Below, one piece after another: positions 55,790 to 64,000 of a DNA stretch of 64,000 bases (position 1 is its first letter; each line of letters starts with the position of its first letter). The notes below the pieces were generated by a model. The model was not told the DNA's origin, searched no databases, and saw only the letters and a program-made list of their open reading frames with translations. This DNA is from Candidatus Latescibacterota bacterium (lineage in GTDB: Bacteria; Latescibacterota; UBA2968; GCA-2709665). The translations under genes were made by a program, and so were the position numbers. The stretch covers positions 5,216,001 through 5,280,000 of the forward strand of contig OZ252100.1 of assembly GCA_965248435.1 (NCBI GenBank), read 5' to 3'.

Positions 55790-55981
55790 ATGAAAGCAGT
55801 TGTTATGATCCTAATGATCGCTTCAGCGCTTGCCCTGATCCTGGCGGCCATGATGGGATTTAATATTGGTCCCGGAAACATTCTTGCAATCAGCGGGCGA
55901 GGGTTCCTTGATCTATCGATTGCTTGCTCATTGTTTGTGATTGCAACGCATCTGGCAAAACCGTTTGGAGATTCTGATTGA
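55790..55981 (+). CDS. Small two-TM membrane protein
   Basis: GGAGG RBS; two hydrophobic segments. Confidence 0.6.
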   Translation: MKAVVMILMIASALALILAAMMGFNIGPGNILAISGRGFLDLSIACSLFVIATHLAKPFGDSD

Positions 55982-56126
55982 CCCGACCGCAGTAGAGGCT
56001 ATCTTATTCCCCGCAGCCCTCGTTGACGCACGGCGACAGGAAGAAGTTTAGAGATAGGCTCTAAGGCATTCCATTCTGAGACGGCCGGGCGGATCCTCTG
56101 GCTCACGACTCGATTCGGAAATTGTA

Positions 56127-58385
56127 GTGCTGTCATGCTTGATGGTTGCAGACGACTTTACCGGAGCCTGCGACACGGGTCTTCAATTTGCCCGGTCCGG
56201 GCTCCGGACTTTTGTATTGATCGACCTTGAAGACGGCTCGGCTCCGCAGATCGATGCCGACGTGCTGGTCCTGGATACGGAGAGTAGGAACTGCGATCCT
56301 GTGAAGGCCGAGCGCCTGGTTCAGACCGCCTGTTCAAAACTGTCGGGTGTGCGGACCAGGCTTTTCTATAAGAAAGTCGATTCCGCACTTCGCGGAAACC
56401 TGGCAACAGAGATCTGGGCCACGATGCAGGGATTTGGGCTCAATCTCTGTTTTTTTGCACCCGCCCTTCCGGACGAGGGGAGAGTGACGGTTGACGGCCA
56501 TCACCTCGTGGATGGAGTGCCGGTTCATCGAACAGAAGTCGGCCGGGATCCGGGCTCGCCTGTAAGGGATTCACGCCTGTCCAGCCTCCTGGGCGGCGAG
56601 CCGCGGATTGGGGTCACTTCAATGGACCTGGAGAAAGTGCAGAAGGGTCCGGAAGAGATCAGCAGATCCCTGAAGTCGCTGGGAGGATCCAAGCCGACTG
56701 TTGTCGTTTTCGATGCGACCACGCCCGAAGACCTGAAGTCCATCGCGATTTCGGCAGCCTGCCGCGCTGTCCCTCCACTGCTATGCGGCTCAGCTGGTCT
56801 GGCAGGCCAGGTGCCGGATGCGTTTGGCCTCGAAGGCAGCAGAGGCATTCGCGATGTCCATTTGGGGAGTGGTCCTCTCTTGTTCGCGATCGGCACTTCC
56901 GAATCGGAGACCAGGCAGCAGGTGAGGGCCCTGTGCGGCGAGTTGGGCATTCAGGAATGGGAGATCGCACTAGAAGCATCTACCCCTGAGCGACGAGATG
57001 CCCTGGTGGAGGAAGTAAGCGCGCGTTTATCGTCCGGGAGAGATGCTGTTGTTTCTGTCGCAGGGCTTGGGCAGGGTGCAAAGGAGGAGGTGGTCGCTGG
57101 CGCGATTCGTGAACTTGCGCGGATCGTGAGATGTCTCGTGGAGGAGGCATCACCCGCATCTGTGATCAGTTCAGGCGGATGGACGACGTCGGAGATCCTT
57201 CAGGCCATGGATGGAACAGGAGCTGAGATCCTGGGGGGCATCGCTCCGAATATGCCAATCTACAAGATCGTGGGTGGTCCGTTCCGGGGGTTTAAGATGG
57301 CGACGAAGGGGGGCGCCCTCGGAGAGAAAGGGGTGTTCGTGAATACAGCGAAACGGGTTAGACCCGATCCAGGGAAAGGGCACGATCGGGACCGACCCAT
57401 CTTAGGCTTGACGATGGGCGATCCGTGCGGCATCGGGCCGGAAATCATCGCAAAAGCCCTGTGCAGGCGGGACATCTTCGACCTGTGTCGGCCAGTGGTG
57501 ATTGGGGATGTGGACATCCTGAGCGACAATCTGAAGTTTGCAGGAAGGGAGTTGGAGATCAACCCCATAGCTGCTGCTGGAGACGGCCGGTACGAATGGG
57601 GTGTGATCGACATCTGCGAGCCGGTCAACCTTGAATTGTCGACGATCCGGCCCGGCAGGGTTTTTCCAGAAGCGGGTCGAGCAGCCGTGGAATGGGTCCT
57701 TGCAGCTGTTGACATGGCGATGTCGGGACAGACCGACGGACTCGTAACGGCTCCACTGAACAAGGAGGCAATGAACAAGGCGGGATTTCCCTACGCCGGG
57801 CACACAGAACTGATCGGGGATCGGACAGAGGCGAAGACACCCAGACTGATGCTCGTTTCCAAGCGACTAAATGTGGTCCACGTGACGACGCACGTCGCTT
57901 TTCGGGAAGTTCCGAATCTGCTGACACAGGAAAGGGTGTTCGACACGATCGTCCTGGCCGGTCGCGCGATGAAGGATTTGGGAATACCGGAACCCCGAAT
58001 CGTCGTGGCCGGTCTAAATCCCCACGCGGGGGAGGCGAGGCTGTTTGGACGGGAAGACGCAGAGACTATTCTGCCTGCAGTTGAGCGGGCAAGCCGGGAG
58101 GGCTGGGACGTTACAGGACCGATGTCTCCCGACGCGACCTTTTTCAAGGCATACAACGGAGATTTCGACGTCGTGGTCGCGATCTACCACGATCAGGGTC
58201 ATATCCCGATCAAACTGGTGGCTTTCAACGATGCCGTAAATGTGACGCTCGGGCTCCCGATCGTGAGGACTTCGGTGGACCACGGCACCGCTTTCGACAT
58301 CGCTTGGAAGGGGATAGCGGATGAAACGAATCTCTTGCGAGCGATTGAACTTGCTGCAGAAATGTCCGTCAGGCGAAAAGGCTGA
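56127..58385 (+). CDS. Fusion of four-carbon acid sugar kinase (DUF1537/DtnK) and PdxA-family dehydrogenase
   Basis: ADDFTGACD, YKKVDS.LRG, TKGG; then TMGDPCGIGPE, GHTE, GLNPHAGE, YHDQGH, RTSVDHGTAFDIA. Confidence 0.92.
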   Translation: MLSCLMVADDFTGACDTGLQFARSGLRTFVLIDLEDGSAPQIDADVLVLDTESRNCDPVKAERLVQTACSKLSGVRTRLFYKKVDSALRGNLATEIWATMQGFGLNLCFFAPALPDEGRVTVDGHHLVDGVPVHRTEVGRDPGSPVRDSRLSSLLGGEPRIGVTSMDLEKVQKGPEEISRSLKSLGGSKPTVVVFDATTPEDLKSIAISAACRAVPPLLCGSAGLAGQVPDAFGLEGSRGIRDVHLGSGPLLFAIGTSESETRQQVRALCGELGIQEWEIALEASTPERRDALVEEVSARLSSGRDAVVSVAGLGQGAKEEVVAGAIRELARIVRCLVEEASPASVISSGGWTTSEILQAMDGTGAEILGGIAPNMPIYKIVGGPFRGFKMATKGGALGEKGVFVNTAKRVRPDPGKGHDRDRPILGLTMGDPCGIGPEIIAKALCRRDIFDLCRPVVIGDVDILSDNLKFAGRELEINPIAAAGDGRYEWGVIDICEPVNLELSTIRPGRVFPEAGRAAVEWVLAAVDMAMSGQTDGLVTAPLNKEAMNKAGFPYAGHTELIGDRTEAKTPRLMLVSKRLNVVHVTTHVAFREVPNLLTQERVFDTIVLAGRAMKDLGIPEPRIVVAGLNPHAGEARLFGREDAETILPAVERASREGWDVTGPMSPDATFFKAYNGDFDVVVAIYHDQGHIPIKLVAFNDAVNVTLGLPIVRTSVDHGTAFDIAWKGIADETNLLRAIELAAEMSVRRKG

Positions 58386-58442
58386 TCCCACGTTCGTGGA
58401 TCTTTTCGATTCTTTGTATAAAAGCCTGTTCAATTATGAGGG

Positions 58443-58811
58443 ATGAGCGAGGTGAAGATTCTGCTGGCAGATGATGAACCGGATATTGTTTCGCTTTACC
58501 GAGAGATGCTGGAGGGAAACGGCTTCGAGGTAGAAACGGCACAGGACGGAAGAAAAACCCTGGAGCGGATCGCTGATGAGACTTTCGATCTCATCATCCT
58601 GGACCTTCACATGCCCAAAGTTTCCGGATTCGAGGTTATGGAGGAATTACGTTCGGAAGGGCGGAGGATTCCCATCATTGTCATGACGGGACATTATCCG
58701 GTGGAGGAAGTCAGTGAACGGATCCAGGGATTTGGCGTGGGTGCCGTGCTCAGGAAACCGGTTATGATCACGACTTTGCTGGACGCCGTGAATGCGGCCA
58801 TTGGAGAATGA
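58443..58811 (+). CDS. Single-domain response regulator (CheY-like)
   Basis: LADDE, ILDLHMP, MTG, KP. Confidence 0.92.
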   Translation: MSEVKILLADDEPDIVSLYREMLEGNGFEVETAQDGRKTLERIADETFDLIILDLHMPKVSGFEVMEELRSEGRRIPIIVMTGHYPVEEVSERIQGFGVGAVLRKPVMITTLLDAVNAAIGE

Positions 58812-58822
58812 ATGGCGTGTGA

Positions 58823-59518
58823 TCAGGTCTCAGACTTTGTTCGTCCTTTAGATGGATCGAAGCGGTAGCCCACGCCTCTGACCGTTGTTATGGATCGCCC
58901 AACGTCGTGCAGTTTGGATCTGAGGCGGCGGACGTGGACATCGACCGTACGCATACCTCCGTAGTAGTCATAACCCCAGATGCTGTCCAGCAGGTCGGAC
59001 CGGGTGAAGACGCGACCGCGATGCGTCACGAGGTGCTTGAGGAGTTCATATTCCTTGAGCGTCAGGTTGATCACCGTACCCCTCACTCGAACCTCGTAGC
59101 GTTGGAGATTTATCGTCAGCTCATCTGCCTTGAGCGTCTGTTTGTCGTCAGGCCTGTCCTCGTTCCACAGGGCTAGACGAAGGCGAGCTTCAACCTCCCG
59201 AAGGCTGTAAGGACTTATGATAAAATCGTCTATCCCGAGTGAGAAATCGAGATTGTTCGCCGTCACTTCGTCCGAGATCACGATAAGTGGCTTGTTCCGA
59301 ACCTGTTCAGTCCCTTTCACACGTCGGATGTCTTTCGAAAGGCGGTCCAGGTTCGGTTCCATGAGGACCAGATCGATTGGGCACTCACCGTCTAGATCGG
59401 TGAGTGCCTCAGCGTCGCCTTCCAGATGCACGTGTATGACGGCGTAGCCGACGTATTCCAGATCGGATTTCAAACGGGCGCCGCGGTTTTCGGACGCAAT
59501 TAGAAGAACGCTGTTCAT
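58823..59518 (-). CDS. OmpR-family (GlnR-like) regulator with atypical receiver
   Basis: wHTH LTLKEYELL, RTVDVHVRRLR, TVRGVGY; phospho-Asp position is Glu (LVLME). Confidence 0.9.
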   Translation of the reverse strand: MNSVLLIASENRGARLKSDLEYVGYAVIHVHLEGDAEALTDLDGECPIDLVLMEPNLDRLSKDIRRVKGTEQVRNKPLIVISDEVTANNLDFSLGIDDFIISPYSLREVEARLRLALWNEDRPDDKQTLKADELTINLQRYEVRVRGTVINLTLKEYELLKHLVTHRGRVFTRSDLLDSIWGYDYYGGMRTVDVHVRRLRSKLHDVGRSITTVRGVGYRFDPSKGRTKSET

Positions 59519-59560
59519 GTGGACTACTTTTAAGGGAAGAACACTTCAAGGCGGGATGCC

Positions 59561-59590
59561 ATAATACGATGCCGATCGATCGATTGTCAA
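59561..59590 (-). promoter_or_regulatory. sigma70-type promoter
   Basis: Minus strand TTGACA-18-TATTAT. Confidence 0.6.
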
Positions 59591-59628
59591 GGTGTATCTA
59601 GCCTAACGGCAACTCGCCATACAGGAAA

Positions 59629-59664
59629 TTTTTCAGGGGCGTCCAAAACGGACGCCCCTTTTTT
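59629..59664. terminator. Intrinsic terminator
   Basis: AGGGGCGTCC-AAAAC-GGACGCCCCT with T-runs on both sides. Confidence 0.75.
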
Positions 59665-59689
59665 GTGGCGGAATCACCTTAAGCCTGCC

Positions 59690-60385
59690 TCAATGGCCCT
59701 GAATCCTGAGCCTGTCAGCCTCCGTTGTGTAGGGATCGTGTTTCTCAAGGAATTCAGAAAAGGTTTCTTCCACGGATGCTGACGTAGTGTCAAGAATGAA
59801 TTTGTTTTGTATCAGTGACCATTCATACTCTTCCTGAAAACGCAGCAAGACGTGTTCGATGTCTTCTTTTCGAACCACACCCCGCGTGGGCTCTCCATGC
59901 TTTGTCTCTGGATGCGCTTCCATCCTTTTTTGGATGATCTCCGGCGAAGCTTTCATGAGCACAAGTACCATACTGGGGGCATACTCGAGGATCTTTTTCT
60001 CCATGGATCGAGCCACTACTGTTCGGCTTCCCTCAGGGGCTCGCCTTGGCGCACCGCTATTTTTGCCGCCATATCCGTAGTAGAGAGGTGCATAGACGGC
60101 CTCCTCGATCGCGTGGCCCATCAGATTGGCGTCGGGGGATCGAGATACGTCCAACATACCGGGCGAAATGTGATATTCGAGTATATAACGCTGAAACATC
60201 TCCTTGAGCTGCGGTGGTGCGTTCTTGAGTGCCTCGCCTGCCTCAGATTCAAGCTCTGAAGAAGGGATCGTAAAATGATCGTGAAAATGCCGGATACCGC
60301 CCATCGCCTTCTCGCCCCACTTCAGGATTTCTCTCGCGAGGGTGGTCTTTCCTGCGTATTCGCACCCAACCAAGTATACGTTCAT
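59690..60385 (-). CDS. P-loop nucleotide-kinase-like hypothetical protein
   Basis: N-terminal LVGCEYAGKTT Walker A; LVLMKASPEII.KR lid-like segment. Confidence 0.7.
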   Translation of the reverse strand: MNVYLVGCEYAGKTTLAREILKWGEKAMGGIRHFHDHFTIPSSELESEAGEALKNAPPQLKEMFQRYILEYHISPGMLDVSRSPDANLMGHAIEEAVYAPLYYGYGGKNSGAPRRAPEGSRTVVARSMEKKILEYAPSMVLVLMKASPEIIQKRMEAHPETKHGEPTRGVVRKEDIEHVLLRFQEEYEWSLIQNKFILDTTSASVEETFSEFLEKHDPYTTEADRLRIQGH

Positions 60386-60416
60386 TCCAGCCCCCCCTAA
60401 GGTTGTTACTCCCTCT

Positions 60417-60977
60417 TCACAAGCCTAATTCATCCGAAATGCTCCGCATGGCATCGGCCACAAATACAATGTGATCCTCCAAAGATATATCCATATCCGC
60501 CGCCCCGCTTTCGATGTCCTCTCGGTTCACGTTCCTGGCAAATCCCTTTTGTTTCATCTTTTTTCGAACAGAAGAAACCTTCAGGTCTGCAAGTTTTCTA
60601 GTGGGCTGCATCAGGGTGACCGCAACAATAAACCCTGTGAGTTCGTCTACGGCAAACAGCGCCTTGTCCAGGTCGCTGGTTCGGGGAATACCCAGATATG
60701 TGGCGTGAGCCTTGATGGCGTGGATCATCTCATCAGGGAATTTCTCTTCCTGCAGGATACCGACGCCGAACATGGGGTGTTCTTCAGGGGTCGGGTGCTT
60801 TTCGTAGTCCAAATCGTGCAGAAGTCCGGTCAGGCCCCAGAGGTCCTCATTTTCACCCAACTTGCGTGCCCAGGCCCGCATGGCCGCCTCGACGGCCAGC
60901 ATGTGTTTGATCAGGTTCTCATTTTCCGTATGTGCACGGAGAAGCACCAGGGCCCCATCACGCGTGGGTAATGGCAT
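60417..60977 (-). CDS. HDIG/HD-domain phosphohydrolase
   Basis: KHMLAVE, GLLHDLDYE, AVDELTG. Confidence 0.9.
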   Translation of the reverse strand: MPLPTRDGALVLLRAHTENENLIKHMLAVEAAMRAWARKLGENEDLWGLTGLLHDLDYEKHPTPEEHPMFGVGILQEEKFPDEMIHAIKAHATYLGIPRTSDLDKALFAVDELTGFIVAVTLMQPTRKLADLKVSSVRKKMKQKGFARNVNREDIESGAADMDISLEDHIVFVADAMRSISDELGL

Positions 60978-60985
60978 GTCGACTC

Positions 60986-61597
60986 CTAGTTCAGATGGCC
61001 GTTTCCGCTGCTCAGCTTTTTGGTGCTTCGAATCTCGTCAGACACCTTTTGGAGGATTTCCCTAACGATTTCCAGTCTCCGGTTGACCGAACGTGTTTCC
61101 AGAAGCGCCTGCTTCTCACTCAAAGGCAAGTCGAGACCTGCAGCAACGACGAAAGGCAGGTCGACGAGGTCGACCTCCTCTTTTTCAGGCTGCAACCAAC
61201 CGTACGACAGTCTCAAGGTCTCCGAGTAAAGATCCTGCACACTGGATCCAAGGTCGCCGTCCGGTTTTCCGGGGTCATCCCGGACCTCCTCTACCAGGCC
61301 CGATATGTAAGGATGCACGTCAAACCTTTCGATCACCTTGAAGCGTCGTGTACCTTCAATCAGAATGTTCATTCGACCGTCCGAGAATCGATCGATTAAA
61401 TTGGCAACACGTACCGCACAGCCGACTTCACGGAATGAATCATCATTACCCCAGACGATTCCGAATTCCAACTTTTCGTCTAGGCACTTGTCCGTCATGA
61501 GTTTGTAACGTTCTTCAAATATGTGAAGGGGGACCTTCACTGCGGGAAGGAGAACGAGGTCGAGGGGAAAGAGGGGAAGCTCCCAGGACTCATTCAT
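60986..61597 (-). CDS. LON peptidase N-terminal (substrate-binding) domain protein
   Basis: LPLFPL, PLHIFEERY, DGRMNI, KQALLE. Confidence 0.9.
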   Translation of the reverse strand: MNESWELPLFPLDLVLLPAVKVPLHIFEERYKLMTDKCLDEKLEFGIVWGNDDSFREVGCAVRVANLIDRFSDGRMNILIEGTRRFKVIERFDVHPYISGLVEEVRDDPGKPDGDLGSSVQDLYSETLRLSYGWLQPEKEEVDLVDLPFVVAAGLDLPLSEKQALLETRSVNRRLEIVREILQKVSDEIRSTKKLSSGNGHLN

Positions 61598-63914
61598 CCG
61601 GACTGTTTATCTCTGCCGGCGGAACGTCGAACGCGATGCTTCCGAAGCGCAGGGGATTCCGTGGATTTCCGTAAGTAACCGACCAGGACCACCTCTTTTG
61701 TCGGGTGCCGCCTTCTATTACAGCGAGGTTAAATCGGACTGGAGGCAACACATCTTGGTCGTCAAGACCAATCGCTTCGAGAGGGATTTCGCCTTCCATG
61801 GACCACTTCCCCGGCTCAAGAATAGCAGCAGCGCGTAGATCCGGGTTCGTGATTTTGCCATCGCGGGCAACATCGGCTGGTGTGACTGAAAAGAAGCGGA
61901 GAGGTTTTTCCCCTTCCTCGGGAGATAGTGCGAATTCCATTCGGTCCTCTGGCTGATTCTGTAGGAGGGTATCCAACTCACAGGTAACGGACAAGTAGAA
62001 CCGCCTTGAATCGTAGCCAATCCAGGCCCGGATTCGGCGGTCCGGTGGGGCACCCTCCGAATCCTCTGCAAATTGAATGAGTGCCGACGCGGGGTCCCAT
62101 TCGTAGGCGTCCGGAAGACCGTCCAGCGTGGGGGGAACGGGCATCCACGAACAGATCGCCTCTTTTCTCCCGATGTAGGGCACCCCCATCTTCTCCAGTG
62201 CGAGGAAGACTGCTCGCCTGAGAGGCCCGGGGGATTCTCTCTCGAACAGCTTTTCCAGTTCAGGTATCGTCCGGCGATCCCCAATCCAACCCACGGGTTC
62301 CAGAGCTCTCTGGTTTCCCCGACGCGCAGTGTCGATGAGGCGCTTGATGACCTTGAAATTTCTTGCGCCCATCTCCACCAATTTGTCGACCGATGCGGCA
62401 GCTTTCCCAGAGTGATCCGACTCGAGGGACAAGATCAGGTAACGAACCAGGTCGGGGTCGTAAGGCACTGGATCCAGGGATCGAATAAGGTATTGTTCGA
62501 CGGGAGGCGAGAAACGGCCCAGCAAGTCTTTTACGAGATCGTTGTCAACTCCATCAGAGTACTGAAAGAGCATTCTTGCTGCATACTCACGCACGCGCAG
62601 GCTGTCATTTTGAACGAGGTTGAGCAGCAGGCCCGAAAGCTCGATGGGCGCTCTAGAAACCAGAGCATATGTCGCTCCGAGGCGAACTTCAGGGTCTGGA
62701 TGCTGGGCAAGTTCCCATACAAAGGAATCGGGAAGAAGATCGCTTCTGTCCTGCAATACTCGGACGGTTGGAAATTGCATTCGGTTGTCGCTCAGGAGCT
62801 CACTCACAACCCGAGCTTTGGCACGGGGGCGCAGATGGTCGGCTACTTCCAGGAGTGCCCCTTCGACTTCCGAATAGACTGTCCCCCAGGCCTGAAAATC
62901 CTGCTCTACCCAGGGAAATTCCGCCTCTGCTTCATCGGGCTCGGAAATGAGAAAGATGGGATTTCCCATCGTTCGGTAGCCAGCAGCGGCACTCTCGACG
63001 ATCGGTCTCACGTAGGTCTTACCGACGAGCGACAAGAAGAATCGTTCTTCCCACACGGCCGTATCTGGATTCGCCGTCCATACGACTTCTCCATCTGCGA
63101 CAAGAAGGACTCTACTGATCGGATCACGACTGTGTGCCCGAAACCGTACATAGGCCTCGCGGGCAAGCGGCACGGTGCTTCCAAGGGATCTTCCGTTTAT
63201 TCGCAGATCGATGCGGATGCCGTCTGCTTGGGCCACGAACGCCGCACCTCCCTTGATGGCTGATACAATCTTGTCGGGCAGGTTGCTTTCAGCGTGGACG
63301 TAGGTCTTCTGCAAAGATCCGGGCTGGGATGTTTCCTCGTCATTCCCACCAACCAGGACGATCCGATGGCCCGTCGTGAGCAGGCTGTCCCAACCTGCTC
63401 CCGGTTCGCATTGTTGATTCCACTCCCCGTCTCGGATACCTTGGAATGTATTCCCAATCTGGCTGGGGTGAACATCCAGCTCAGCCGGCAGATCAGGAGA
63501 AGTGTGGAGAACGACCCCGTTTTGGGATTCGACCCAGGTGATGACTTGGGACAGGCTGTCTCTTGGCACGGGTGCTCGCGGGTCGATTCCGAATAGAATC
63601 AAAGCAGCGCCGGGCGCACCCGAGGGGCTCCAAGCAGCGGCGATGATCGGATTGATGCGCGGCATGTTGAGATCGTATTCCTGGATCGTCTCCTGAAGTC
63701 CAATGAATATGCCTTCTTCGGGGTGTCCTGATAACACAATCCAGTCCAGGCCGGAGTCCATGCCCTGCTGGACTCTATCCTGGATAATCGTCGCGGTGTT
63801 GCGAGATGAAAAGAGAGTGATATCCCCAGAGTACCAGGCGGGGGCAGCCCGGACCAGGACAGCAGATGCATGGAGGCTGATTAGCGTTCCCAGGAAGATA
63901 AAGCCGCGTCCCAC
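61590..63914 (-). CDS. Secreted multidomain protein: degenerate PHP-like, HEAT repeats, CBM9-like domain
   Basis: Signal peptide; WYSGD, GLDWI, WDSLL, NPIF PHP-like scaffold; VRL.A..AL repeats; PTLDG..YEW..IGYD, RFN. Confidence 0.65.
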   Translation of the reverse strand: MGRGFIFLGTLISLHASAVLVRAAPAWYSGDITLFSSRNTATIIQDRVQQGMDSGLDWIVLSGHPEEGIFIGLQETIQEYDLNMPRINPIIAAAWSPSGAPGAALILFGIDPRAPVPRDSLSQVITWVESQNGVVLHTSPDLPAELDVHPSQIGNTFQGIRDGEWNQQCEPGAGWDSLLTTGHRIVLVGGNDEETSQPGSLQKTYVHAESNLPDKIVSAIKGGAAFVAQADGIRIDLRINGRSLGSTVPLAREAYVRFRAHSRDPISRVLLVADGEVVWTANPDTAVWEERFFLSLVGKTYVRPIVESAAAGYRTMGNPIFLISEPDEAEAEFPWVEQDFQAWGTVYSEVEGALLEVADHLRPRAKARVVSELLSDNRMQFPTVRVLQDRSDLLPDSFVWELAQHPDPEVRLGATYALVSRAPIELSGLLLNLVQNDSLRVREYAARMLFQYSDGVDNDLVKDLLGRFSPPVEQYLIRSLDPVPYDPDLVRYLILSLESDHSGKAAASVDKLVEMGARNFKVIKRLIDTARRGNQRALEPVGWIGDRRTIPELEKLFERESPGPLRRAVFLALEKMGVPYIGRKEAICSWMPVPPTLDGLPDAYEWDPASALIQFAEDSEGAPPDRRIRAWIGYDSRRFYLSVTCELDTLLQNQPEDRMEFALSPEEGEKPLRFFSVTPADVARDGKITNPDLRAAAILEPGKWSMEGEIPLEAIGLDDQDVLPPVRFNLAVIEGGTRQKRWSWSVTYGNPRNPLRFGSIAFDVPPAEINSPDE

Positions 63915-64000
63915 GGTCGCCTCTAAATACCTTTGCTTAGGGATTGAGGAAGTTTGGCCTGAGCACTTTCAGCCAGGCCCATCTGCAGGAAGCGGAGGAA

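Noticed and set aside
62073-63263. Long antisense ORFs (396 aa here; also 3413-4411, 1607-2359, 16531-17259 and others)
   Set aside because: Shadow or alternative-frame ORFs over clear genes in GC-rich DNA, with no recognisable motifs
1-64000. CRISPR array, cas genes, tRNA, rRNA, transposase or integrase
   Set aside because: No regularly spaced repeats, cloverleaf or rRNA signatures, or DDE/tyrosine/serine recombinase motifs were seen

Overview
A mostly GC-rich bacterial chromosomal window. The PhyH and Gfo/Idh/MocA expansions suggest a Latescibacterota/Poribacteria-like organism, but that is inference only. Contents from left to right: (1) 1-17.7 kb, a catabolic block with four PhyH dioxygenases (three in tandem), an LLM monooxygenase plus flavin reductase, Gfo/Idh oxidoreductases, a PabB-PabC fusion and maleate isomerase/DUF3830. 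(2) 17.9-28.3 kb, a kinase-less signalling cluster of atypical receiver proteins and a sigma54 activator, with sigma28-, sigma54- and sigma70-like promoters, next to prkA-yeaH-spoVR. (3) 28.3-47 kb, a branched-chain/acyl-CoA catabolic block (BCKDH E1a/E1b/E2, thiolases, FadE, 3-hydroxyacyl-CoA dehydrogenase, IcmF) that includes an indoleamine 2,3-dioxygenase and is interrupted by a roughly 1.9-kb mosaic island. (4) 47-64 kb, a TyrDC-like decarboxylase, PTS IIA, a CMP-kinase-like/PD-(D/E)XK fusion, hpt, an RpoD-family sigma factor and housekeeping genes. The most notable signals are non-coding. Two homologous rod-shaped 6S-like RNAs (37417-37579, 50934-51124) show compensatory base changes and have their own promoters. 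An unrecognised structured RNA of about 340 nt (51984-52325) shares a palindromic operator with the adjacent sigma-factor promoter. A c-di-GMP-I-like riboswitch variant with a terminator lies at 38647-38847, and further long hairpins lie at 23021-23212 and 47141-47272. All calls come from reading the sequence by eye; no database searches or folding programs were run.
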